Shown here piece by piece: positions 55,392 to 63,740 of a DNA stretch of 64,000 bases. This stretch comes from a virus (taxonomy: Duplodnaviria; Heunggongvirae; Uroviricota; Caudoviricetes). Within the stretch, counting starts at the first letter, position 1. Each line of letters begins with the position of its first letter. Location: IMG/VR virus record IMGVR_UViG_3300046522_000750. The stretch is one strand, 5' to 3'. Both the position numbers and the translations under genes were made by a program. The notes under the pieces were generated by a model, which saw only the letters and a program-made list of their open reading frames with translations, searched no databases and was not told where the DNA came from.

Positions 55392-55895
55392 GTGAATACC
55401 CCAAATTCCAGTTCGATCATCGGCTCAGTTCTTCCGCGCAAACAAGCCATCTACAGCTCCCGAACGGCGGACAAATTTGTTGTTCGTTTTCTGGAAGGCA
55501 TGCGTACCGCCATTGCTCAAATTGCACGCAAAAACCATCGCAGCATGAACAGCGAGGTCATTAGCTGCCTCGATCTTCACATGCGCCTGGATGCCCTGGG
55601 TCTGTCTCAGTATGTTGAACAGCTTGCAGAAGGCCAGATCGTTCCAGAAGGTGTCAACATTGACCCTGCTGCCCTTGCTGCAGCCCGTGAAGCCAATGGC
55701 GGCAACGTAGCTACCCTGGCACAATTTCGCGCTGGTGATCCTGTCATGTACAGCGGAACCCCGTGGATCATCGCCAAGCTGACCGTACGCAGTGGCAACG
55801 TCTACGCCAAGATCGAACGCGAAGACCCGTCAGATGCCAGCAAGACCGACGAAACAGAAGTGCGTTACAGCGCGCTGAAGCCTTTCATGGTCTAA
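55392..55895 (+). CDS. AmrZ/Arc-family ribbon-helix-helix DNA-binding protein with an extra C-terminal beta domain
   Basis: [35 protein letters not shown] closely matches the N-terminus of Pseudomonas AmrZ (from memory); GTG start, RBS AAGGA. Confidence 0.85.
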   Translation: MNTPNSSSIIGSVLPRKQAIYSSRTADKFVVRFLEGMRTAIAQIARKNHRSMNSEVISCLDLHMRLDALGLSQYVEQLAEGQIVPEGVNIDPAALAAAREANGGNVATLAQFRAGDPVMYSGTPWIIAKLTVRSGNVYAKIEREDPSDASKTDETEVRYSALKPFMV

Positions 55896-55948
55896 GCCTT
55901 AGACTAAGCCTGGCTCCCAGCCCTTGGGAGCCTTACAGGACGTTACCG

Positions 55949-56506
55949 ATGAATGACTTGCTCATCACAGGCGCGGCGCTGACCGCCGATACCCTTACCG
56001 AATTCAAGACCCGCCTTGAACATGATTGCACTGGAGCTGGTTACGCGGAGCATTGCACCGTCCAGCCGGTGTTTGTCGTCAAAAAACGCGAGTATATCTA
56101 CGGCGTTGATCTGGATTACGCTGAAAAGCGTGCGATCTATTGCAATGACGAGTACTACCACAGCATTGCCGAATTCATGGAAGACTCAAGCGAGTCATTC
56201 AAGCAGAGTCTGGATACCTTGGTGCAAAAAGGTCTTGAGATGAATTTCTCTGACCTGGACGAGGACGTTCAGTTTTCTACGCTGGCCCTAAACGAACACA
56301 TTCAAGTTTTCGGCTACATCGAACGCTGGGACTACCTCAATGTTCATTTCACCCAGTCGGCTGCTGATGAATTCATTCAGCGCAGTGCTCACAACTACCC
56401 TGACGGTCTGAAGGTGTGCCAGGAAAGTCAGCAATACTGCCCTGAGTTCAATACCATTCACAATGCCATCCTGACTGGCAAGCTGGTTCTGAAGGAGCAA
56501 TCATGA
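55949..56506 (+). CDS. Hypothetical phage-like protein (Ead/Ea22-type C-terminal pattern)
   Basis: T..PVFVV...IYG.D.DY...HFT..AA..FI; RBS AGGA. Confidence 0.6.
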   Translation: MNDLLITGAALTADTLTEFKTRLEHDCTGAGYAEHCTVQPVFVVKKREYIYGVDLDYAEKRAIYCNDEYYHSIAEFMEDSSESFKQSLDTLVQKGLEMNFSDLDEDVQFSTLALNEHIQVFGYIERWDYLNVHFTQSAADEFIQRSAHNYPDGLKVCQESQQYCPEFNTIHNAILTGKLVLKEQS

Positions 56507-56769
56507 GCGGCGGACACTTTGACCATGTTCACAGCCGGGTTCGGGCATTTGCTGAAGACCTGGAGCGCGAGATTGCCAACAATGCTGTGCCAAATGACGC
56601 GGGCGACGTATACAATTTCTCCCCGCCAGTGATGGTCGCGCTGGCCTCCATTCGAGCACAGGCTGAAAAGATAGCCATCCTGATGAAGGCGGCTGATTAT
56701 CTATACAGCGGCGAAATTCTAGAGGAATCATTCCTTGAAATCGTCCTTGAGGCCGAAAAGACCCTCTAA
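56503..56769 (+). CDS. Hypothetical protein (MSGG start)
   Basis: RBS AAGGAG; ATGA overlap. Confidence 0.65.
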   Translation: MSGGHFDHVHSRVRAFAEDLEREIANNAVPNDAGDVYNFSPPVMVALASIRAQAEKIAILMKAADYLYSGEILEESFLEIVLEAEKTL

Positions 56770-56864
56770 TCCTTACCGGCGAGCCTGCTTAGTCCGTTAG
56801 AACATCATAGGCAGGCTTCGCCTGAAGGTGGCGACTTCCTCCTCCAAAATACCCCTCCTCTTTA

Positions 56865-56928
56865 TTTGCACTTTCATGCAAATTTAACTTATTGACATAT
56901 TGCCAGGTCAGTTTAACTGACCTATGAT
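56865..56928 (+). promoter_or_regulatory. Sigma70 promoter with 19-bp palindromic operator and upstream TGCA box
   Basis: TTTGCActttcaTGCAAA at 56865; TTGCCA-17-TATGAT; AGGTCAGTTTAACTGACCT at 56905-56923. Confidence 0.85.
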
Positions 56929-56959
56929 AATCAGCACTTATCACCAAGAAGGTGCTGAA

Positions 56960-57508
56960 ATGTCGTCTACTGCGCATGATGTTGCGATCTTAAACGTCCA
57001 AGATCCCTTGATCGACGTTACTTTGCTGGTCGGTACACCTGGAAAGTGGGCCATCAGCAGCAACCTGACTGATCGCTGGGGCAATATCAACATGTTTGAT
57101 TTTGAGAAAAAGCCCCTGGAACAGCTTGAGAACACACCTGGCTTGCTGAATTCTCTGATTGAGCAGCTCACCGATGAAATCACCTTTGTCGTGCGAAAAG
57201 ACGGCCATTACGGCCTGTTGTTCGAAGTTGAGTATTCGAGCATCGAATCAGAGGCCAACAACGGCGACCTTGACCCAACCGGCGAGGATGCCGAATACGT
57301 GGCCGGTCTTAAGCCTCACAGCGAGGTCGTAGCCCGCATCCTCCAAGCACTTCAGGAAGAAGCGCATCGCTTCCCGCAAGTTGAAATGTGCATACCTGAC
57401 GCCTCTCAGATCTGTAATGATCGCCCGGCAGCATGGGCCTTCATGCCGAGCAGCAGCATGACTGTCGAGCAGCGTGAAGAACTGGCATTGTTGCTTAATT
57501 CCATCTGA
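56960..57508 (+). CDS. Hypothetical acidic protein (WAF.P family)
   Basis: Paralogue of 58554..59096 and 21310..21816. Confidence 0.75.
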   Translation: MSSTAHDVAILNVQDPLIDVTLLVGTPGKWAISSNLTDRWGNINMFDFEKKPLEQLENTPGLLNSLIEQLTDEITFVVRKDGHYGLLFEVEYSSIESEANNGDLDPTGEDAEYVAGLKPHSEVVARILQALQEEAHRFPQVEMCIPDASQICNDRPAAWAFMPSSSMTVEQREELALLLNSI

Positions 57509-57513
57509 TCTTC

Positions 57514-57577
57514 TTTGCGGTTTACTGCAAATAATCATTATTCGAGTATTGTCAGGTCAGTTAAACTGACCTACAAT
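57514..57577 (+). promoter_or_regulatory. Sigma70 promoter with 19-bp palindromic operator and upstream TGCA box
   Basis: TTTGCGgtttacTGCAAA at 57514; TTGTCA-17-TACAAT; AGGTCAGTTAAACTGACCT at 57554-57572. Confidence 0.85.
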
Positions 57578-57606
57578 ATGCCTTATAAATCAGGAGGAAT
57601 TGCAGC

Positions 57607-57984
57607 ATGAGTTCGAGAATTGTCGGCTACCAAGTCCATGATCATCGCGGTAACCATTGGGCTGACCGCTCCTCCTTCGAGATCCTTACCGAAGAAACCG
57701 CGCTCAACGATCTGAAGGCTGCCCGCAATGGCCAAGGTTGCTGGCTCATGACCGCCATTCTGGATGGCGACATCGAGAAACCCACGTTTGAAGCGGGTGG
57801 CCCACAGGTGCGCTACTCGACATCCGAGATTGCCGCTTTGGTACAAGCTGCCGAGCCATTGGCCGAACTGCTGTTTGATGATCACCCGGACGGTAAGGTC
57901 TTTAGCCTTGAAGTCGACGGCGGTGAAGTGACACGTCTTAAAAAGGCGCTTGGCCCTTTTAAAGAACAACCGGCGAAGTCTTAA
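57607..57984 (+). CDS. Hypothetical protein
   Basis: RBS AGGAGG. Confidence 0.7.
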   Translation: MSSRIVGYQVHDHRGNHWADRSSFEILTEETALNDLKAARNGQGCWLMTAILDGDIEKPTFEAGGPQVRYSTSEIAALVQAAEPLAELLFDDHPDGKVFSLEVDGGEVTRLKKALGPFKEQPAKS

Positions 57985-57993
57985 GGAACGTTC

Positions 57994-58527
57994 ATGTCTC
58001 TGAGCGCTGAACACCTCGCCGGGCCGACAGGCACCGACCAGCTTTACGTGATGGCAGTGCAAATCCCTCATGAGCAAGCTACCAGTTACCTTCTGGAGCT
58101 TTACGCGGTCTACACGCCGCAACGCGTAGCGCTTGAAAACGGCCTCTCCCTGATTGCAGTAGATCAGGCCTGCTTTGTCGTTTTTTGCCGAAACCGTGCT
58201 TACGATGCTGCGATCATGGGACAGCCCCTTACCCGGCATAAAGCCGGCCAACTTCTGGCTCGCACCCTGGAGCACGCCAAAGGTCGCTCTGAAAAGGTCT
58301 GCGCCGTGTATGACGCTTTAAATTCTGAGCGGGACATTGCCCTCGGTGAAAATGAAAGAGAGGGCTGGGAGCTGACGGCAGAGGGCCGCATTCAGTACCT
58401 GGAATCGGCAGGCCTGCTCAATTGCCAGCAAGATGCCAATGGGTATGTGGTAGCCCAGGCCTCCAAAGGCAGTGTGCGACACGCCGAAGCGCTGGCCTTC
58501 GATCAGCGCATGCGCGCCGAAGACTGA
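57994..58527 (+). CDS. Hypothetical protein with a C-terminal EGW-repeat-like module
   Basis: EREGWEL...IQ...DA..YV...A..GS..H..AL resembles the repeats of 16589..17404. Confidence 0.65.
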   Translation: MSLSAEHLAGPTGTDQLYVMAVQIPHEQATSYLLELYAVYTPQRVALENGLSLIAVDQACFVVFCRNRAYDAAIMGQPLTRHKAGQLLARTLEHAKGRSEKVCAVYDALNSERDIALGENEREGWELTAEGRIQYLESAGLLNCQQDANGYVVAQASKGSVRHAEALAFDQRMRAED

Positions 58528-58553
58528 TCCCCAATCCAACTGGAGCTTACAAC

Positions 58554-59096
58554 ATGACGTTGAGCAAGCATGAATTCGAACACCGTGATGCTAGTGACTA
58601 CACCTCTGGCGTGGCTGATACTCCTATCAAGGTCATTCTGCTCGATGGATCTCCTGGCCAGTGGCTGATCAGCCCTACCCTGACCTGTCGTGAAGGTGAG
58701 ATCAATGACCACGAAGCCGAGAAAAAGCCCCTCTTTGAGTTGCTGAGTCAGCCTGAAGTGCTGGAGTCACTTCGGGATCAAATGACCGGCGAAATCACCT
58801 TCATTGCGCGCAAGGGCGGCGTGTTTGGTCTGCTGTTTGAGATCGAGCGCGAATGTCAGGAGTCCGATGGCTTTCCACCGCTACCTGGCTGCCAGCCTGC
58901 TGCTCGTGAAGACGTCATTGAAAACTTGCTGAGTAAACTCAACGCTGAAGCCCATCGCTTTCCTGGGGTTGAGTTCTGTATCCCAAGCGAATCCGAGATC
59001 TACAACGAGCGCGTCGGTGTGTGGGCCTTCGTGCCGAATGGCGAGCTGCTACCAGACCCTCTGGAAGAACTGGCCGATGTCCTGAAGGCTCTCTGA
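58554..59096 (+). CDS. Hypothetical acidic protein (WAF.P family)
   Basis: RBS GGAG; paralogue of 56960..57508. Confidence 0.75.
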   Translation: MTLSKHEFEHRDASDYTSGVADTPIKVILLDGSPGQWLISPTLTCREGEINDHEAEKKPLFELLSQPEVLESLRDQMTGEITFIARKGGVFGLLFEIERECQESDGFPPLPGCQPAAREDVIENLLSKLNAEAHRFPGVEFCIPSESEIYNERVGVWAFVPNGELLPDPLEELADVLKAL

Positions 59097-59100
59097 CAGT

Positions 59101-59164
59101 TTTGCATTTTTCTGCAAATTTTATTTACTGATATATTGCCAGGTCAGTTTAACTGACCTATAAT
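59101..59164 (+). promoter_or_regulatory. Sigma70 promoter with 19-bp palindromic operator and upstream TGCA box
   Basis: TTTGCAtttttcTGCAAA at 59101; TTGCCA-17-TATAAT; AGGTCAGTTTAACTGACCT at 59141-59159. Confidence 0.85.
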
Positions 59165-59207
59165 TCTCCCCATAAAGCAGGATAAGCCTGCATGGGGAGA
59201 CACCTAG

Positions 59208-59405
59208 ATGGTCGCGAAAAACTGGCATGACGCCCTGCACATCCTCAAAGTGGTGAGCAGTCAACTCAACCGTGACGGCATCACCAATTTCTGCAATCAG
59301 GTCTGCGGTGGGGGCCAGTGCGGCACCGGCCCGATCTGCCCTACAGGCATCGACCCTACGACCAAAATGCCTTCGGTGATCATCCACCCGTTGAAAGCAG
59401 CATGA
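59208..59405 (+). CDS. Small Cys-rich protein
   Basis: RBS GGGGAG; C...C....C.....C. Confidence 0.6.
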   Translation: MVAKNWHDALHILKVVSSQLNRDGITNFCNQVCGGGQCGTGPICPTGIDPTTKMPSVIIHPLKAA

Positions 59406-59857
59406 ACGGCTCAGTAAAGGCCAGCGGCCTGCTCCCCATCATCTTGATCAAACAGAAAGACCGCTCGATCAAGGGCACCCTGCCCTCCGGCCAAGTCGTG
59501 ACCTGGCCTTCTGACCAATCCGGTCGCCCTACCCGCCGCAGCAAGAAGGTAATGCTCAACTGCTATTGGTGGGAGCCTGTATGGCTGGATGCAGAGCCTG
59601 ACGCTGAAACTCTGCGTACAGAGCGTGAAAAGAACGCCAATGCCGTATTCGAGCAGTATGACTTTGGTGTCGAGGTGGATGAGGCCGGTGGCTGGGATAC
59701 CTCTGAGCCTCTGAACTACACCCGAATGGTTTACGGGGAAGGTGCCCGTTTCAATCTTCATATCCTGTTCCACCCATACTCAGCGGTCGTGGTTGAGGGC
59801 TTTGCCTACAACATGGCCAGCGGTGCCCGGATCAACAGCTACCCAGCGCCCTTTTAA
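59402..59857 (+). CDS. Hypothetical protein
   Basis: ATGA overlap. Confidence 0.65.
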   Translation: MNGSVKASGLLPIILIKQKDRSIKGTLPSGQVVTWPSDQSGRPTRRSKKVMLNCYWWEPVWLDAEPDAETLRTEREKNANAVFEQYDFGVEVDEAGGWDTSEPLNYTRMVYGEGARFNLHILFHPYSAVVVEGFAYNMASGARINSYPAPF

Positions 59858-59872
59858 GGCCAGGAGTTCACG

Positions 59873-60130
59873 ATGAACCTCGTATTTTCGTACAGCCCGG
59901 AAGAAGACCACAAACTGGCCGAGGCAGGTTTCACGTTCCTCGGCGCCTCGTACGACAACAAGAAGAGTGAGGTGCACGTTTTTCAGCTAATGAGCCTGAA
60001 AGAGTGCGAGGCGGATGAAAGTGACAAGAATCTTGATCGCCTGACAGAAAAAGCGGATCGACTGGTGAATCACAGCATCACGTTTGGCAGGCCGTCGACA
60101 CCCAGCCATCTTTCTCTTGTGATCGGGTGA
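59873..60130 (+). CDS. Hypothetical protein
   Basis: RBS AGGAG; terminator at 60148-60173. Confidence 0.65.
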   Translation: MNLVFSYSPEEDHKLAEAGFTFLGASYDNKKSEVHVFQLMSLKECEADESDKNLDRLTEKADRLVNHSITFGRPSTPSHLSLVIG

Positions 60131-60200
60131 TCTGACTCGATCCGATCAAGCCGCCTCACTCAGGCGGCTTTTTCATGCCTGAAACTCAAGGGCCTTACGA

Positions 60201-60262
60201 TGTGCAATTTACTGCAAAATGATTGTTTAGATATTGTCAGGTCAGTTTAACTGACCTATAAT
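60201..60262 (+). promoter_or_regulatory. Sigma70 promoter with 19-bp palindromic operator and upstream TGCA box
   Basis: TGTGCAatttacTGCAAA at 60201; TTGTCA-17-TATAAT; AGGTCAGTTTAACTGACCT at 60239-60257. Confidence 0.85.
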
Positions 60263-60289
60263 TAGGCTCATCAAACAACGAGATCTCCC

Positions 60290-60751
60290 ATGGCCACCTT
60301 CAGCTTTATTCTCAATGATCAGCGGTACGGACATGGATCAGGTGAAGGTCGCTACGAGGTCACCTCAGCGTCCGGCGATAAATTTCCTTGCGATAACCTG
60401 GCTGCAGCTCTCAAGAAGGTGGAAGACTTGAACTTGATCGAATTGATCCAGAGTGCAGAGATGAGCCCCTGCCGCGCCATTAAACTCCACGTGGCACCTC
60501 TGTTTGCCAATACCGAGTTCCAGGCCTGGCTCGAATCGTCCAAGGCCATGACCTGGCACCAACGCGGCTTAGGCGCACCTACCGAGGACGATGCTGCCGA
60601 CGTGGCAATATTCGTAGATCCATCACTGTGCGGTGATGGGTCGGATTCGGATATGCCCGGTCACGATCTGGTCGTAGATCGGCTAAAAGCTCATTTTGGT
60701 GCTGGCCCATTCTCTGGCGAGCCTTTTATCGTTATCCTTTCCAATACTTAA
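60290..60751 (+). CDS. Hypothetical protein
   Basis: After an AGGTCAG-operator promoter; WH...D.....VDPSL.GDGSDSDMP. Confidence 0.7.
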   Translation: MATFSFILNDQRYGHGSGEGRYEVTSASGDKFPCDNLAAALKKVEDLNLIELIQSAEMSPCRAIKLHVAPLFANTEFQAWLESSKAMTWHQRGLGAPTEDDAADVAIFVDPSLCGDGSDSDMPGHDLVVDRLKAHFGAGPFSGEPFIVILSNT

Positions 60752-60798
60752 AAAATAAACGACGGCACCGGGACTCACTGGTGCCTTGGAGTCCACCC

Positions 60799-61104
60799 AT
60801 GCAGCAACCCAGCTCTCAAGCCTCAGTTCAACCCCCTCGCGGCTCTATCGAGCGCATTTTGCGTCATCTGGCGTTTGAAAACGCCAAGTTCGAGCCGTTT
60901 AACTTTGGCTTCGTGCGCTGCTACATGAAAAGACCAGGGATCGACGTCAGCAAGCTGGCAGGCCTGAATCGGTTCTTTGCCGAAGGCGGCCCCGCTTTCA
61001 ACGCACCGTTTTTGTATTCAAAGAACCTCTACGACGAAGCGGTCGCAATGTTCGAGTACGCCACCCAGGAGCTGGGCACGCCGAGCGGTGAAACCGTTCA
61101 CTGA
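60799..61104 (+). CDS. Hypothetical protein
   Basis: RBS GGAG; terminator at 61126-61150. Confidence 0.6.
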   Translation: MQQPSSQASVQPPRGSIERILRHLAFENAKFEPFNFGFVRCYMKRPGIDVSKLAGLNRFFAEGGPAFNAPFLYSKNLYDEAVAMFEYATQELGTPSGETVH

Positions 61105-61477
61105 TCGCTGCATGTAACGCCCAAGGCCCGCCTGATCAGCGGGCTTTTTTGTGGGTGCCGCAATGTCTCGCCAGGCAGGCCTCACCCGCGATGACCACGT
61201 CCGCCTAGCCTGCTAGCGCACGAATCCGTGTTTGGGTTGGGTTATGTGTTGTGGATCACTTCAGCCGGCCTGGCTCTGCCAGAAGGGTCGATTCCCCTCG
61301 ATCAGCACTACACACAACTGCCTTTATGCTGCGAGGTCTGAGGCGTAGGCACTTGTCCATCAGGATTGTGCCTATGCGATGTGAGGCCAGGGAAGCCCTA
61401 TGGCAAGGTTGGTGAAGAAAGCACGTCCTTGTAAAGACCAAGGGCTTAGAATGGCGTCAGCGCGACGAGCGCGAGGC

Positions 61478-61648
61478 TCAACGGGGGTTACGGTGCTTTC
61501 CGGTGCCGTGGCATGATGCGCAGATCGGACTGCCGTTGTGATCGTAGTGGCCAGAGCCATTGCAAGCCAGGCAAGGCTCATTGGGATCAGGCTGGCCAGC
61601 CAGACGTTTCTCAGCCATGGCTTTGGAGCGGCGCATTGTCTTGTTCAT
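61478..61648 (-). CDS. 56-aa DnaJ-type zinc-finger mini-protein (not in the ORF track)
   Basis: Hand-translated ...CLACNGSGHYDHNGSPICASCHGTG...; RBS AGGGGAG. Confidence 0.65.
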   Translation of the reverse strand: MNKTMRRSKAMAEKRLAGQPDPNEPCLACNGSGHYDHNGSPICASCHGTGKHRNPR

Positions 61649-61895
61649 CGCTAGGACTCCCCTACTTTATTCACACATTGACCGATGAAGGTATCACCGC
61701 AGGCAGGAAATTCAGCCGAGCGTTTGCCTTGAGATCCGCGAGCTTTGTGCATAGCCCACTCTGTGCGGCATGCATGGCGAACCTTACAACATCGAACTCA
61801 AAGGATTGCACGCACCTGGAATCGACGGATCAGCTGGATCAATGTCCATGAGCCCACATGTCACACAAACAATTAACCGTAAAATACTTTATCGG

Positions 61896-62141
61896 TTAGC
61901 CATCGATTCTTTTTTTGCTTAATTCACCGGAATACTGAATCACCGCCCCGGCACAGAGCACGGTCAGCGAGCCAGTCACCAGCAAGCCGGCATAGGCCAG
62001 CAGACCGTGCGATCCGATAGCCGTGTAGGCCAGATAGGTCAGGATACCCCCTGCCACTCCAGCGAAAGAAGAGACTCCAACCATCATGGCTGCACCGAGC
62101 TTTTCATCGGGATTGAGTGCGTTTAAATGCTTCATGCTCAT
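61896..62141 (-). CDS. Small membrane protein (2 TM)
   Basis: Hydrophobic helices; start may be 62135. Confidence 0.6.
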   Translation of the reverse strand: MSMKHLNALNPDEKLGAAMMVGVSSFAGVAGGILTYLAYTAIGSHGLLAYAGLLVTGSLTVLCAGAVIQYSGELSKKRIDG

Positions 62142-62164
62142 CTCCAAGCCAATTCCCAGAAATC

Positions 62165-62191
62165 AAAAAGCCCCCTAATTTAGGGGGCTTT
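62165..62191 (-). terminator. Intrinsic terminator after the MvaT-like gene
   Basis: AAAGCCCCCTA-ATT-TAGGGGGCTTT. Confidence 0.8.
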
Positions 62192-62205
62192 GCTGATCGA
62201 TACGC

Positions 62206-62580
62206 TTAGGCAGCTTGAACCCAGCTTTCAACCACGTCGGCGCCGAACTGTTCTTTCCAGCCCTTCAGGGCTTTGTGGTTGCCACCCTTGGTTTCGATGA
62301 CCTCGCCGTTGTGCGGGTTCTTGTAAACCTTGACGGTGCGAGCGCGGCGGGTTTTCTTGCCACCGGCAGCCTGGGTGCGAGCACCGGTAGCCAGTTCTGG
62401 GCACAGTTCCAGAGCCATTTCACGGCGGGAGATGCCACGGGCATCGCATTGTTCAGTGATCGACTTGAATACTTCCATGTGCGCTTGAACTTGTGGCTGC
62501 AGCTCTTGGGCGCGAGCGGTCAGCTCAGCGATGGAAGCTTCCAGTTGACGCAGTTCGTGTACTTTAGAAGTGGTGTTCAT
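62206..62580 (-). CDS. MvaT/H-NS-like nucleoid-associated protein
   Basis: RRAR.VKVYKNPHNGEVIETKGGNHK.LK.WK..FG...VESW signature. Confidence 0.92.
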   Translation of the reverse strand: MNTTSKVHELRQLEASIAELTARAQELQPQVQAHMEVFKSITEQCDARGISRREMALELCPELATGARTQAAGGKKTRRARTVKVYKNPHNGEVIETKGGNHKALKGWKEQFGADVVESWVQAA

Positions 62581-62874
62581 TTGGTCATCCTCGACAGCGT
62601 TGGTTAGTTAGGCTTAGTGCCTTGTTGTGTGAGATGAATATAAGGCTTAATTGCCAGAGTGTCAAACGCCTTTTTTCAAATAATTCAGCTTTTTTAGTTT
62701 AAACCGCAAACTAACTACGAGTTGCTCAAAAAACAATCAAACTACTTTTTTGTGGACAAAAAAAAGCCCCTGTTACGGGGCTAGGCACTTGAGTTATCTC
62801 AGGCAAAAGCTCGGGGTAGAGCTAAATCTCGTCCAACGCTAATGAACGAAGTCTTGGCGGGCATAACAAGGGTG

Positions 62875-63393
62875 TTATGCCCAGTGTGGTCTTTCGTTTG
62901 TTTTTTCAAACTCATCGGAAAAATCAGCGTTCGACCAAACGTCGTTGTGGTTTAGGCTTTCCAGCAAGTCTTCACGCCATTCTTTATTGAGAGGCGTCCA
63001 ATCATCGCCGTCCAGCACATCGGCACGCAGAACGACTTGATCAACGGTGTCCAGGAGCAGCCGGCAAACGGCTGGGGCGTCTCCCTCTTTAAAGATGTGC
63101 TGCCACTCACCGTGCATGTAGCGCGTCATGGCATGTTCTTTAATGGCAAGATCAAGCAAAGACGCCTGGTCGTCACCGACAACAGCCCATGCCCCCAGGC
63201 TGGCCGGTAGATTGGCAAGCATAAGACTACCTTTCGTACCCGTCATAATTGCGAGGTTACGAGACTGCAAGTGAAAGCCGTAAGACTTGACAAGCTCGAT
63301 CTTTTGCTCGATTGACAATGCCACTAGATTCATCCCCAAAAACTTTAGGCAGCCGTCAAAGACGACATAAACCAGATCTGACTGTTGAGTCAC
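62875..63393 (-). CDS. Hypothetical protein
   Basis: 172-aa ORF; start uncertain. Confidence 0.6.
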   Translation of the reverse strand: MTQQSDLVYVVFDGCLKFLGMNLVALSIEQKIELVKSYGFHLQSRNLAIMTGTKGSLMLANLPASLGAWAVVGDDQASLLDLAIKEHAMTRYMHGEWQHIFKEGDAPAVCRLLLDTVDQVVLRADVLDGDDWTPLNKEWREDLLESLNHNDVWSNADFSDEFEKTNERPHWA

Positions 63394-63440
63394 TTTTGAA
63401 GAAAACAGCCATCCATTTCTGACAACAGGCTAGGCCGCGT

Positions 63441-63740
63441 TTAAGCATGAGCCACTTGATCAATCCGATTCAAAAGCTCCATGGCCCAGACAGGCACATA
63501 AAACTTTGTCATCCTGGAGATGCGGTCGTTTTCGTTGTGCAGCGTACCAAGACGGCTCGAGAACTGACTGAAATTCGCGCCGTGCATTTCGCACGCCACT
63601 TTCTTTTGAGTGCCGTTCACCAAATGCTCTCGCAAGGCCAGCTTGACTTTATCACCTTTGATCGAGGTGCCGGCCATGAGGAGGCAGAAGTGCTCCAGGG
63701 TAAACTCGCCTTTCTGATTGCTTTGGGTAGTCGTCATCAT
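63441..63740 (-). CDS. PapB/FocB- or TrfB-like HTH transcriptional regulator
   Basis: F.LL...TSI...KV..ALREHLV.G...K.AC..HG.N...FS..L..L pattern; RBS GAGGA. Confidence 0.7.
   Translation of the reverse strand: MMTTTQSNQKGEFTLEHFCLLMAGTSIKGDKVKLALREHLVNGTQKKVACEMHGANFSQFSSRLGTLHNENDRISRMTKFYVPVWAMELLNRIDQVAHA

Noticed and set aside
19375-61150. Integron cassette array
   Set aside because: No attC-type GTTRRRY/RYYYAAC hairpins or integrase were seen, and the units carry their own promoters.
61670-61850. Possible frameshifted gene on the minus strand
   Set aside because: Two short frames could be joined, but no recognisable homology or RBS supports a pseudogene call.
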